The notes under the pieces are model-generated. The model ran no database searches, had not been told where the DNA came from, and worked only from the letters and a program-made list of their open reading frames with translations. A stretch of DNA of 64,000 nucleotides from Candidatus Multivorans sp. (GTDB lineage: Bacteria > Acidobacteriota > Thermoanaerobaculia > Multivoradales > Multivoraceae): assembly GCA_965247095.1 (NCBI GenBank), contig OZ251997.1, forward strand, positions 640,001-704,000, in the 5' to 3' direction. The translations under genes and the position numbers were made by a program. Of the stretch, positions 50,528 through 59,692 are shown in pieces. The stretch's first letter is position 1. Each line of letters starts with the position of its first letter.

Positions 50528-53500
50528 ATGGGAGAGTCGAAGACCCGGCGCCGTCTGGGGTGGCTCGTTCTCTGGTTGGTGGTCGGGGCGGCTGCAGCCC
50601 CGGCGTTGGCACAGGACGAAGCGGCGCCGGACGCCCCGTTCCAGTTCGCATGCCTCAAGGAGAGTGAACCAGCCGTCTCCGTCATTGGTAACGCAGCGCC
50701 GCCCGAGGAAACGTGGGAGCGGCGGGGCGATGTGCGGGGAGTTCGTGCGCCGGCCCATTGCTGGGCCTGGAGCGACGCCTGTCCACCGCTCCTGCTTGCC
50801 CCCGGGGAAGACGCGGCCGCTGCCTGCCGCTCGGCCGGCGCTTCGTCGACGGAGTTGACCATCCGTATCGGCGCCCGCGAGGGTTCCGGCGGGGATCCTG
50901 GAGACGGGGGGGCGGCTCCGAGGGAGTTTCACATGACGGCCGCGCCGGCGGCCATGTGGCGGCAGGTCCCCAGGCGCCTGCTGCCGACGACGATCACGAC
51001 CTCCCGTTTGCTGGCGCTGCCCCGCGCCAGCGGAGCGTGGCGGACCCAGGCGCGGTCAGATGGTCTCGCCTCGACCTGGCTGGACGCGACGGCCGAGGAA
51101 GACTTGGTGGAACTCGAATTGTGGCCAGCCGTGGATCTCACTGTGCAGGCGATCGCCGACGGCGCACCCCTTGCCGGCGCGCGAGTATCCCTGGTGCGGG
51201 CGGGCTCGGGGATGGCGGCCGGACATGGGGGCGAGCTTCTGGGCTTTGGGACCGCGGACGCCGATGGCAGGGTACGTCTGACCGTGTCCGAGCGGGAGCG
51301 CGCCGCGGTCGTCGTCTCGAACGTCAGCAGGACCGCGGCGGCGTTCGAGCGGTTCGCCGACGTGCCGCCGGTAGTAGAGCTCGGCCCAGGCCTCGCAGTG
51401 CGCGGCCGGACCGTCGATGTGGTTGGACAGCCGCTAGCCGGAGTCCGGCTACTGGGCCTGTCTTGGGTGCCGGGCGAGCTTCCAGTGAAGCAGCGCCACC
51501 AGGGGGCGTCCGGCGCCGACGGTCGGTTCGTGCTGACCGGCTTCACGAAGGGCGCCGCGTCTCTCCGAACCGACGTCGGCGAACTGGAGTACTCCGGGGC
51601 GTTCGATCTGGAGGATTCCCTGGACCTTGGGTCGATCGTCCTGGCGGCGTCCGAGAACTACTGGATCCAGGTCGTCGATGCGAGCACCGGAACGCCGGTA
51701 TCCGGCGCGGGCGTGCAGTTCAAGGGCGGGGAGCGAACCACGACCGATCGGGAGGGAATCGCGGTGGTGTCGCCCCGTTTCGGACGCACCCTCCTGATCG
51801 CCGCCAAGGGGTATCTGATGGCGCAATTCGAGATCGCCGACGGCGTCGGCAGGGCGGCCGAAGAACCCCTGCTGCCTGGGTTGCCGGCCTTCAGAGTCGA
51901 GATCGCCGACGGCGTCGGTACAACAGCCGAAGAACCCCTGCTGCTTAGGCTGGCGCCGACCTTCACGGTCGAGGGCGTGTACGTGGCAGCGGACGGTCAG
52001 ACCCCCGCAGCCGCGGGGGTGGTTGCGGCCCGCAACATGGGGGACGGTGGAGAGACCAGGGCCGGAAGGATCGCCGCGGACGGTTCGTTCTCCATCGATC
52101 TCGATTCGGGGGCCTACACCCTGGAACTAGTGGCCACCAATGCCGGGCGGACGGTGCTCAGTGTGCAGGGATCGGCGGGCGAGACCCGCGACCTGGGGGT
52201 CATCGTGGCGCCGACGTCGGCCTGGGTCTCTGGGACCGTGGTCAGTCCGGAGTACGCGCCGGTGTCCGAGGCGTCGGTGTCCTACACGCGACCCTCCGAG
52301 TTCGGGTCGTCGTCGCGGAAGATGGGCCAGGTCGCTACGGTCACCACGGATGTCGATGGCGCCTTCGAACTCCACGGCCTGGAGCTGGGAACATCGACGC
52401 TCCGGGTGGAAGCCGAAGGGTTCGCGCCGCTTGAGTTCGAAGTCGAAGCGAACGCGGTCGAGTGGGTCGACGCAGGGTTTGTCGAGCTGTCGCGCGGCCG
52501 CCGGATCACCGTGCGATCCGATGTCGAGAGCGGGTTGGTGAAGCTGGACCCCGGCGGCAGAAGCCGGCCGCGGGACCTGATCACCGGCGATCTGGAGGAG
52601 GGCGTTGCGGTGCTCGAGGCCGTGCCCGAGGGCGCCTTCGTCGTGCATGTGTCCGAGGATGGCGTGGCCGTCTGCAAGAAGGATGTACAGGAGGCGACCG
52701 GTGACGACGTAGTCACCTGCGATCGCAGCACGGTGACAGTCACTGGCCGCGTCACTCTGGCTGGTCAGCCTGGGGGCGGACATCTGTCCTGGGATGCGAA
52801 GGTGAACAGCCGTTACGGGCGGAGCGTCACCACGTCCTACTCCGGTTCCCTAAGGAGAACGGTGGTTGTGCTGCCCGCCGGGGCGCAGCAGTTGCAGGCC
52901 CCTCTCGACAGCGAGGGCAACTACCGCCTGGAGGAAGTGCTGCCCGGCGAGTGGAAGGTCAACTGGTCGCTGCCCGAGGGCGGACACCAGGAGTCCCGCG
53001 AAGTGACCGTCCCGGACGGTCCGGGCGAGTTCACGCTGAACTTCGACTACGGTGGCGTGTCGATCGAAGGCGTAGTCACCGATCCCGAAGGTCAGGCGGT
53101 TCACCTCGCGGCCGTCGACATCTTTCCCCAGCGCTCGGCAGTCGTCTCGGATCCGAACGGGCGATTCCAGGTCCTCGGGCTGGCGCCGGGCGCCTACCAG
53201 TTGCGGGCGCGGCTCCGGCACCAGCGGTCCGACCTCGTCGACGTCGAGCTGCGGGACTACAGCGACCGTCAGACGGTGCAGCTCCAGCTCAGTGACGATC
53301 CGCCGAACGACGAACTGACGATCCACATCGGCGGTGGCGGCAGCGGGTTCTGCTTCATCGAGATGGAGTCGTCCGGGCGGCGCGTGGCACGGATCGATGG
53401 CGGCGTAGCGAGGACGAAACTCACCCCGCCCCATACCGACCGCGTCCGCATCGCCTGCCAGGCCGACGGACGCTGGATCCTCACCGGTTGGCCGGACCTC

Positions 53501-53779
53501 GAACGGGCACTCGACCGCGGCGTCGAGTTCGATCCCTTCGAGTCCGACTCCTCGATCCTCCTGACCGGCGAGCCGTCCACCGCCGCGGTGCAGGTCACCG
53601 GCCCTGGAGGCTGGGACCTTGGAAAGCTGCGGCTTTGGTTCGGCGGCGCCTCGGCCTTCGCCGTGGGCGAGACGATCTCCAACCTTCCCGTCGGCGAGTA
53701 CACCCTGCGCTGGGGGAGTCAGATGCGGACCGTGTGGACGGAACGGCGGCGCGCGGCTGAGGTCGAGATCGAGGATTGA
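50528..53779 (+). CDS. Large secreted protein with carboxypeptidase-regulatory-like repeats, paralogue 2
   Basis: Collinear with 47242-50478 over its full length; same C-terminus RTVWTERRRAAEVxIED. Confidence 0.8.
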   Translation: MGESKTRRRLGWLVLWLVVGAAAAPALAQDEAAPDAPFQFACLKESEPAVSVIGNAAPPEETWERRGDVRGVRAPAHCWAWSDACPPLLLAPGEDAAAACRSAGASSTELTIRIGAREGSGGDPGDGGAAPREFHMTAAPAAMWRQVPRRLLPTTITTSRLLALPRASGAWRTQARSDGLASTWLDATAEEDLVELELWPAVDLTVQAIADGAPLAGARVSLVRAGSGMAAGHGGELLGFGTADADGRVRLTVSERERAAVVVSNVSRTAAAFERFADVPPVVELGPGLAVRGRTVDVVGQPLAGVRLLGLSWVPGELPVKQRHQGASGADGRFVLTGFTKGAASLRTDVGELEYSGAFDLEDSLDLGSIVLAASENYWIQVVDASTGTPVSGAGVQFKGGERTTTDREGIAVVSPRFGRTLLIAAKGYLMAQFEIADGVGRAAEEPLLPGLPAFRVEIADGVGTTAEEPLLLRLAPTFTVEGVYVAADGQTPAAAGVVAARNMGDGGETRAGRIAADGSFSIDLDSGAYTLELVATNAGRTVLSVQGSAGETRDLGVIVAPTSAWVSGTVVSPEYAPVSEASVSYTRPSEFGSSSRKMGQVATVTTDVDGAFELHGLELGTSTLRVEAEGFAPLEFEVEANAVEWVDAGFVELSRGRRITVRSDVESGLVKLDPGGRSRPRDLITGDLEEGVAVLEAVPEGAFVVHVSEDGVAVCKKDVQEATGDDVVTCDRSTVTVTGRVTLAGQPGGGHLSWDAKVNSRYGRSVTTSYSGSLRRTVVVLPAGAQQLQAPLDSEGNYRLEEVLPGEWKVNWSLPEGGHQESREVTVPDGPGEFTLNFDYGGVSIEGVVTDPEGQAVHLAAVDIFPQRSAVVSDPNGRFQVLGLAPGAYQLRARLRHQRSDLVDVELRDYSDRQTVQLQLSDDPPNDELTIHIGGGGSGFCFIEMESSGRRVARIDGGVARTKLTPPHTDRVRIACQADGRWILTGWPDLERALDRGVEFDPFESDSSILLTGEPSTAAVQVTGPGGWDLGKLRLWFGGASAFAVGETISNLPVGEYTLRWGSQMRTVWTERRRAAEVEIED
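51828..51944 (+). repeat. Intragenic direct repeat, 69-bp period (EIADGVGxxAEEPLL x2)
   Basis: tcgagatcgccgacggcgtcgg...gccgaagaacccctgctgc at 51828 and 51897. Confidence 0.8.
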
Positions 53780-53800
53780 GCCAGCGTGGCGGCGAGCGCG

Positions 53801-54202
53801 TTACGAGAACTGCGGAACCCTGAACCGGCATGCCGGCCCCGTGGCGCGGCTCAGCTTCAGGTCCAGCGTCGCAAGCGGACACTCGTACGCTTCCGCTACG
53901 GCGACATACCAGGCGTCGTAGCTGGTCAGGTTGCCGCGCAGTTCCCATACCCGGTCGGCGAACGGAGCGAACGGCAACAACTCGAGGTCCATCCGCAGGA
54001 GATCGCGGAATGCGCTGGTCGCCTCCAGTCGCGAGATCGCGCCGGAGCCTTCGAGACGACGTAGCGCGTTCGCCGTTTCGGCGAGGATCAACTCGGGGGC
54101 CACCAGGGCGCCGCCGGCGGCCACCCCGTCAGCCCAGTCGCCTTCGCTGCCTGAATCCACAAGTGCGGCGACCAAGGCGGACGCGTCGATGGCGACCGTC
54201 AC
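53801..54202 (-). CDS. vapC: VapC PIN-domain toxin
   Basis: IDASAL, APELILAE, YDAWYVAVAE, LATLDLKL. Confidence 0.9.
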   Translation of the reverse strand: MTVAIDASALVAALVDSGSEGDWADGVAAGGALVAPELILAETANALRRLEGSGAISRLEATSAFRDLLRMDLELLPFAPFADRVWELRGNLTSYDAWYVAVAEAYECPLATLDLKLSRATGPACRFRVPQFS

Positions 54203-54435
54203 TTCCGGTCCGCGTCGCGTGCGCGGAGGATCGCGGCGGCGCCTAGCCGGGTCCCAGCCGCGTCCTTGCGGTCCCGGACGGTCTTGAGCCAGACGTCGAG
54301 CGAGGGCCGAGACGCGATCCTCTCCAGCTCGCAGCGGAGGAACTCCTGCATCGACTTGCGCTGAAGCGCGGCGCGGGCGGCAAGTTCGTCCCTGACCTGC
54401 TCGGGTACGTCACGGATCGTGAGTTGAACCGACAT
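54199..54435 (-). CDS. Antitoxin, FitA-like ribbon-helix-helix
   Basis: VQLTIRDVPEQVRDELAARAALQRKSMQEFLR; overlaps vapC. Confidence 0.85.
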   Translation of the reverse strand: MSVQLTIRDVPEQVRDELAARAALQRKSMQEFLRCELERIASRPSLDVWLKTVRDRKDAAGTRLGAAAILRARDADRK

Positions 54436-54437
54436 GA

Positions 54438-54472
54438 AGCAAGAATGACATCAGAGACAGCATTCTGCAAGC
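54438..54472 (-). promoter_or_regulatory. Putative leaderless sigma70 promoter with overlapping inverted repeat (TA autoregulation)
   Basis: Minus strand TTGCAG-17-CATTCT-6-ATG; imperfect inverted repeat gcaagaatg...cattctgc. Confidence 0.55.
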
Positions 54473-54538
54473 ACGTCGGGGCTGCTCGGAAGAGGTGGGC
54501 GAGACGCCCGCGCCCCCGTCGGTCGAGTGCCGGCCCGG

Positions 54539-55357
54539 CTACTTGCCGCCCGTGACCGGCCACTTGGCCGGGTCGTGGTGGCGGAGGTAGTCCTTGCGAT
54601 CGATCCAGCCGAGGATCATCGACCAAGTCATCCAGCGCTTCTCGGGCAGGATGGCGAAGTAGACGTGGGCGACGGTCAGGGTGACCAGGACGACGCCGCC
54701 GACGCCGTGCAGGACGTAGACCCAGCCCCAGCCGGCGTCGTCGAAGAACTTGTAGTCGTTCTGCGCCCACAGCGGCTGTTCGATCCGCCACATCATCAGG
54801 ATGCCGGTGACGATCGCCGCCAGGCCGGACAGGGTGGCGGCGTGGTGGAACATCTTCTGCGCCGCCGGGTACTTGCCGGGCTTGGCGGGCGCCTCGCCGC
54901 CGCTGACGGCGTTCCGCATCTCCCGGATCATGTCGCCGAGGTCCTTGATGCCGACCCAGACGTTGCGCAGGCTCTGGAAGAAGGTGGCGTGGATGATGTG
55001 GAAGACGATCGAGGCGGTCAGGATCAGGCCGGTGATCCAGTGGATCTCGAGCCACGCGAACTCCAGGCCGACCTTGGGCAGGAAGCCGGTGATCAAGAGC
55101 AGGATCATCGAGATCCCCATCACGGCGTGGAACAACCGGGCCGCGAGGCTGTGACGCTTGATCTTCTGCGGCAGGCCGGGATCGTCAGCGGCGCTTGCGG
55201 CCGCTTTCTTCTCGGCGCCGATCCACCGGCGCCGCAGCGCCAGGTGCAGGATGAGGAACACGCCGCCGGCGACGAGCGCGATCCAGAACAGACTCCAGTC
55301 GATCCCGATGAGAACATCTTGTCCCCAAGGGTTGATGGCGCTTTCTGTGAACGGCAT
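54539..55357 (-). CDS. Diheme cytochrome b membrane subunit (FdnI/Ni-hydrogenase cyt b-like)
   Basis: RHSLAARLFH, EIHW...FH, KYPAAQKMFH, VLH...AHVYFA, WSMILGW...HHDP. Confidence 0.85.
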   Translation of the reverse strand: MPFTESAINPWGQDVLIGIDWSLFWIALVAGGVFLILHLALRRRWIGAEKKAAASAADDPGLPQKIKRHSLAARLFHAVMGISMILLLITGFLPKVGLEFAWLEIHWITGLILTASIVFHIIHATFFQSLRNVWVGIKDLGDMIREMRNAVSGGEAPAKPGKYPAAQKMFHHAATLSGLAAIVTGILMMWRIEQPLWAQNDYKFFDDAGWGWVYVLHGVGGVVLVTLTVAHVYFAILPEKRWMTWSMILGWIDRKDYLRHHDPAKWPVTGGK

Positions 55358-55364
55358 GCGGTGT

Positions 55365-56369
55365 CTAGACCGGCGCCTGTCCGCGGATGGCGCGGCGGAT
55401 CAGGTTTCTCATCAGCGGCACCTTGTAGCCGTTGTGGCGTAGCGGCTCGGCGCCGATGACGCCCAGCTCGGCGACCTGGGTGGCAGTGTCCTCGCTGATC
55501 GTCTGGCCGCGCAACCGATCCTCGCACCGGTCCATGCGGAGCGGCACCGGCGACACGGCACCGACCGAGAGCCGGCAGTCCTGGACCACGCCGTCTTCGA
55601 TCCGCATCGCCGAGGCGACGTTGACCAGCGGGAAGTCCCAGGCGTTCCGGTCGCGGACTTTCTCGAAGTAGAAGTCGGCGCCGGCCCAGGTGTCGGGGAT
55701 CCGGATCGACTGGAGGATCTCGTTCGGCTGCAGAACGGTCATCCTCGTGATGTCGATCGCCGGGCCGACGAAGAAGTCCTCGGCCGCCACGGTCCGCTCG
55801 CCGCGACGGCCGCGGATGACCATCTCCGCGTCGAGGGCGATCAGCGCCGGCGCGGTGTCCGAAGGGGTGACCGCGACGCAGCGCGACGCGTCGAAGATGC
55901 AGTGCTCGCGGTTCATCGACTCCGGCGTGTCGGCGTAGCAGATGTTGCCGCCCGCCCGGTAGCACGGCCAGCCGGCGCGGTAGTACCAGCAGCGCGTGTC
56001 CTGGACCAGGTTGCCGCCCAGCGTGCCCTGGTTGCGGATCTGCGGCGTGGCGACCGTCTCGGCCGCCTCGGCCAGGAGGCCGTAGCGCTCGCGGATCAAC
56101 TCGTTCTGGACGACCTCGGTCAGCGGGGTCATGGCGCCGATCTCGACTCCGTCGCCGGTCTCACGGATCCCGGACAACTCCGGGATGCCGCCGAGGTCGA
56201 CGACCGCGTCGGGCCGCTTCACGCGGTCCTTGAGCCAGTCGAAGGTGTCCATCCCGCCGGCGAGCACCCAGGCCTTTTCGCGGTGACGGTCGAGGACTTC
56301 GAGCGCACCGGCCATGTTCTCGGGCTGGTAGAGCTCGAAGTCGGGGATCATGTCGTGGATGACGGCCAT
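55365..56369 (-). CDS. Xanthine dehydrogenase family FAD subunit with 4Fe-4S insert (PaoB/HcrB-like)
   Basis: LAGGMD, ATPQIRNQGTLGGNL, RCWYYR..PCYR...ICY...RCVAVTPSD. Confidence 0.9.
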   Translation of the reverse strand: MAVIHDMIPDFELYQPENMAGALEVLDRHREKAWVLAGGMDTFDWLKDRVKRPDAVVDLGGIPELSGIRETGDGVEIGAMTPLTEVVQNELIRERYGLLAEAAETVATPQIRNQGTLGGNLVQDTRCWYYRAGWPCYRAGGNICYADTPESMNREHCIFDASRCVAVTPSDTAPALIALDAEMVIRGRRGERTVAAEDFFVGPAIDITRMTVLQPNEILQSIRIPDTWAGADFYFEKVRDRNAWDFPLVNVASAMRIEDGVVQDCRLSVGAVSPVPLRMDRCEDRLRGQTISEDTATQVAELGVIGAEPLRHNGYKVPLMRNLIRRAIRGQAPV

Positions 56370-56430
56370 GCTGTGTATTCCTCCTTCGCTGAGCAGATCG
56401 TGCTGATCCGATCTCTTGCGATCCGACCGA

Positions 56431-58884
56431 TCAGGTGTGCGCGGCCAGGAACTCGGCGTCCTGCTCGCGGCCTTCGAGCTGGTTGATGATGTGGTCGGTC
56501 ATGAGCGGCAGGTAGGCGACCGTGTCCTGCCCCAGTGCGTCCTGGATGGCGCACAGGAGAGAAGCGCAGCCGGCGCCCATGGGCGGCTCGCCGATGCCCT
56601 TCGCTCCGACCGGGTTGTTCGGGTCCGGCGTGCCCACCGCGTCCCAATCCATCGCGAGCGGCACATCGAGGATGGTCGCCGGCCGGGCGGTGTAGAAGCG
56701 GTTCGCGAAGGGGATGCCCCACTGCGGGTCGTAGACCCACTTCTGGCCGACCGCGCAGCCGAAGCCCTGGACGGCGCCGCCGTGGAGCTGGCCGCCGAGG
56801 CTGCGGGGGTTCATGACCGTGCCGCAGTCGGTGACCGCCTTGTAGTCCTTCAACTCGATGACGCCGGTCTCCTTGTCGAGCTCGATCTCGGCGTAGGCGA
56901 CCACCCAGGAGTAGACGTCGCCGGCGCGGCCGTAGTTGTCCTTGGCCGCCGCGAGCAGTCCGCGGCCCTTGAGGATCGCTATGCCGCCGATCGTGATCGG
57001 GCTCAAGCCCTCGTTCAACTCCGTGCCGTCGTACCGGCCTCCCATCTCGAGCGCCTTCCTGGCGGCCTGGGCCAGGCTCATGCCCGCGGCCCGGTTGCCG
57101 CGCTGATACACGCGTTCGCCGGCGACGACGTACCGCGAGGCCGAGCCGCCGTGCGTCTTGGCGGCGATCTCCTGCAGCTTCGTCTTCATGTCGGTGGCTG
57201 CCGCGTGGGTCGCGCGCGTGATCGCGTGGGTGGTCTGGCTACCCGCCTGCACGCAGGTGTGGGGTATGCCCTCGCCGGTCTGGCCCCAGACCATGTCCAC
57301 CTTCTCCCACGGCACGTCGAGCAGGTCGGCGGCGACGCGCGCGGTGTCGGAGAAGGAGTGGGTGCCGAGGTTGCCGATCCCGGTGTGGATCTCAAGCCGG
57401 CCTTCCGGGGTGATCAGCATCAGCCCGTCGAAGCCGCTCGAACCGGCGGTGTAGCTCGAACTGGCGATGCCGACCCCGGTGACCTTGGAACCGTTGACCT
57501 GACCGCTGCGCGCCTTGGCGTCCTCCCAGTCGATCATCTCGGTCAACTTGTCCCAGGCTTCCGCCACGTAGGCGGTGGTCACGTTGCGGCTTTCCTGGGC
57601 GCCGAACCTGGCGCCGTTCCTGGCGATGTTGATCCGGCGGATCTCCATCCGGTCGATGCCGAGATGGTCGGCGGCGCGGTCGAGCAGCGGCTCGACCATG
57701 GCGGACATCTGGACTCCGCCCGGCGCCCGCTGCGGCGCGCGCGGCGGCGTGTTGGTGGCGATCGAGAGACCGCGGTGACGCATGTTCTCGGGCTGGTAGG
57801 TGAGTGACACCATGTTGCCCGAGGTGCGCAGGTCGCTCTGGCGGCCATAGGGGCCGTTGTCCTGAATCACGGCCCAGTCGAAGGCGGAGATGCGGCCGTT
57901 CTTCTTGAAGCCGATCTTGGCCCAACCCTGAAAACCGGGGCGGGCGCGGCCGATGTAGTTCTCCTCGTAGCGGGTGACCCGGTGCAGCACCGGCTTGCCG
58001 GTCATCTTGGACAGGTAGACCGGTACCGCCATGTTGCTCGAACCGACGATCTTGCTGCCGAAGCCGCCGCCGGTGTACTCGGCGTGGACGATCAGGTTCT
58101 CCGGCGGCACGCCGATGGTCCCCTGGGCCGCGAGCACCGTGAAGGCAACGCTCTGGGTCGAGGGGTAGAGGTGGCAGATGTCGCCTTCCCAGTGCGCCAT
58201 GCAGCTCCGCGGCTCCATGGGGTGGTGGCTGACCGACTGGAAGAACAGCGGCTCTTCGATGATGTAGTCGGCCTCGGCGAAGCCCTTCTCCAGGTCGCCG
58301 TTCGTCCACTCGTCCTGGAACACGCCGGCGGGCATCCTGCCCTTCTCGCCGTTCGTGCCCCGCGCGGCGGCGAGGTCCTCGGCCGTCCACTCGACGCGCT
58401 CGACCACCGTCTCCATGCCGGTGTCGGTCCGCTGGCGGATGATGCTGTTGCCGTCGGTCAGGGAGTTCGCCCCGCCCGGCGCGATCGAGTCCAGCGGGTC
58501 GAGCGCGAACGGCAGCGGCTCGAAGTCGACGTTGATCTTCTCGATCGCGTCGGCGGCGATCTTCTCGCTCACCGCGGCGACGGCAAGCACCGGCTCGCCC
58601 TCGTACTTGGGGTGGTTGGTCAATGCCCGCTCGTCCAGCGGCCCCGGTTCGCCCATGAACTCGGCGAGGTCGTCGGCGGTGAGGACCGCTTCGACGCCTT
58701 CCATCTCGAGCGCCGCCGAGGCGTCGATGTTCCGCACCCGGGCGTGGGGCATCGGCGAGAGCAACTGCTTGGCGAACAGCATGCCCTCGGCACGCCAGTC
58801 CTCGGCGTACTTGGCGCGTCCCGTGATTTTCTCGATCAGATCGGGTGGAGCGTAGTCGGTGCCTACGAGTGTCGTCTTGGCCAT
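56431..58884 (-). CDS. Xanthine dehydrogenase family molybdopterin-binding subunit (PaoC-like)
   Basis: KITGRAKYAED, SPMPHARV, HHPMEP, GGGFGSK, QRAPG, AKGIGEPP. Confidence 0.9.
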   Translation of the reverse strand: MAKTTLVGTDYAPPDLIEKITGRAKYAEDWRAEGMLFAKQLLSPMPHARVRNIDASAALEMEGVEAVLTADDLAEFMGEPGPLDERALTNHPKYEGEPVLAVAAVSEKIAADAIEKINVDFEPLPFALDPLDSIAPGGANSLTDGNSIIRQRTDTGMETVVERVEWTAEDLAAARGTNGEKGRMPAGVFQDEWTNGDLEKGFAEADYIIEEPLFFQSVSHHPMEPRSCMAHWEGDICHLYPSTQSVAFTVLAAQGTIGVPPENLIVHAEYTGGGFGSKIVGSSNMAVPVYLSKMTGKPVLHRVTRYEENYIGRARPGFQGWAKIGFKKNGRISAFDWAVIQDNGPYGRQSDLRTSGNMVSLTYQPENMRHRGLSIATNTPPRAPQRAPGGVQMSAMVEPLLDRAADHLGIDRMEIRRINIARNGARFGAQESRNVTTAYVAEAWDKLTEMIDWEDAKARSGQVNGSKVTGVGIASSSYTAGSSGFDGLMLITPEGRLEIHTGIGNLGTHSFSDTARVAADLLDVPWEKVDMVWGQTGEGIPHTCVQAGSQTTHAITRATHAAATDMKTKLQEIAAKTHGGSASRYVVAGERVYQRGNRAAGMSLAQAARKALEMGGRYDGTELNEGLSPITIGGIAILKGRGLLAAAKDNYGRAGDVYSWVVAYAEIELDKETGVIELKDYKAVTDCGTVMNPRSLGGQLHGGAVQGFGCAVGQKWVYDPQWGIPFANRFYTARPATILDVPLAMDWDAVGTPDPNNPVGAKGIGEPPMGAGCASLLCAIQDALGQDTVAYLPLMTDHIINQLEGREQDAEFLAAHT

Positions 58885-58898
58885 CTTTGCTCCTCGGC

Positions 58899-59588
58899 TC
58901 AGGCCGTGCGCGCGTTCTCGAGCGCGCGTTCGGCTGTGTTCAGGATCTTGTTGTAGTCGCCGCAGCGGCAGAGGTGGCCGGCGAGCCACTTCCGGGCGTC
59001 TGCGCGGGTGGCGTTCGGGTTCGCCTTGACCAGGCCGGCCATGCTCATGATGAAGCCGGGGGCGCAGAAGGCGCACTGGAAGCCCATCTCATCGAGCACC
59101 GCCTGCTGCACCGGGTGCAGGTGACCGTCCTGCTCCAGGCCCTCGACGGTCGTGACCTCGCGGCCGCGCACCTGGTGGACCAGGATCGAGCAGCCGTAGT
59201 GGGGCACGTCGTCGATCAGCACGGTGCAGGCGCCGCATTCGGCGCGGTCGCAGCCGAACTTGGTGCCGGTCAGGTTCAGCTTGAAGCGCAGCACCATGGC
59301 CAGGGTGTCCTGGGGCTCCACTTCGAGCTCGTGGGTCTCGCCGTTTACCCTCAGGCTGGTCGTGCTGCCGACCGGCTCGGTGGCTGCGTGCAGTACATCC
59401 GGCTGCAGCAGGTTCCCTCCCGCCAGGGAGACGGCGGCGCCGGTGGCGACCGAACCCTGGATGAAGGTCCGTCGGCTGACGTTCGAGAGGCTCTCGCCCG
59501 AGCCGTCGGCCTCGGAGTCCAAGTCCTCTTCCCGCAGATCCTCGAGCAGGTCGTCCTGCAGGAACGTGTCTTCTCTCAGCTCGTCCAT
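58899..59588 (-). CDS. (2Fe-2S) subunit with twin-arginine (Tat) signal (PaoA-like)
   Basis: SRRTFIQGSVATGAAVSLAG; GTKFGCDRAECGACTV, QCAFCAPG, HLCRCG; true start at 59588, inside the long track ORF. Confidence 0.9.
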   Translation of the reverse strand: MDELREDTFLQDDLLEDLREEDLDSEADGSGESLSNVSRRTFIQGSVATGAAVSLAGGNLLQPDVLHAATEPVGSTTSLRVNGETHELEVEPQDTLAMVLRFKLNLTGTKFGCDRAECGACTVLIDDVPHYGCSILVHQVRGREVTTVEGLEQDGHLHPVQQAVLDEMGFQCAFCAPGFIMSMAGLVKANPNATRADARKWLAGHLCRCGDYNKILNTAERALENARTA

Positions 59589-59692
59589 GATCTCCAACCT
59601 CCGTTGGGGGAGTGGTGCTGGGGGTGCTGCCTCCAGGCGGTTCTTCAGCTTGTGCGGACGAGCATACAACATGAACCGTGGGTGTTCGCGGG

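Noticed and set aside
47242-53779. Diversity-generating retroelement (TR/VR) explanation for the near-identical tracts
   Set aside because: No reverse transcriptase in the window, differences are not adenine-specific, and similarity spans both whole genes
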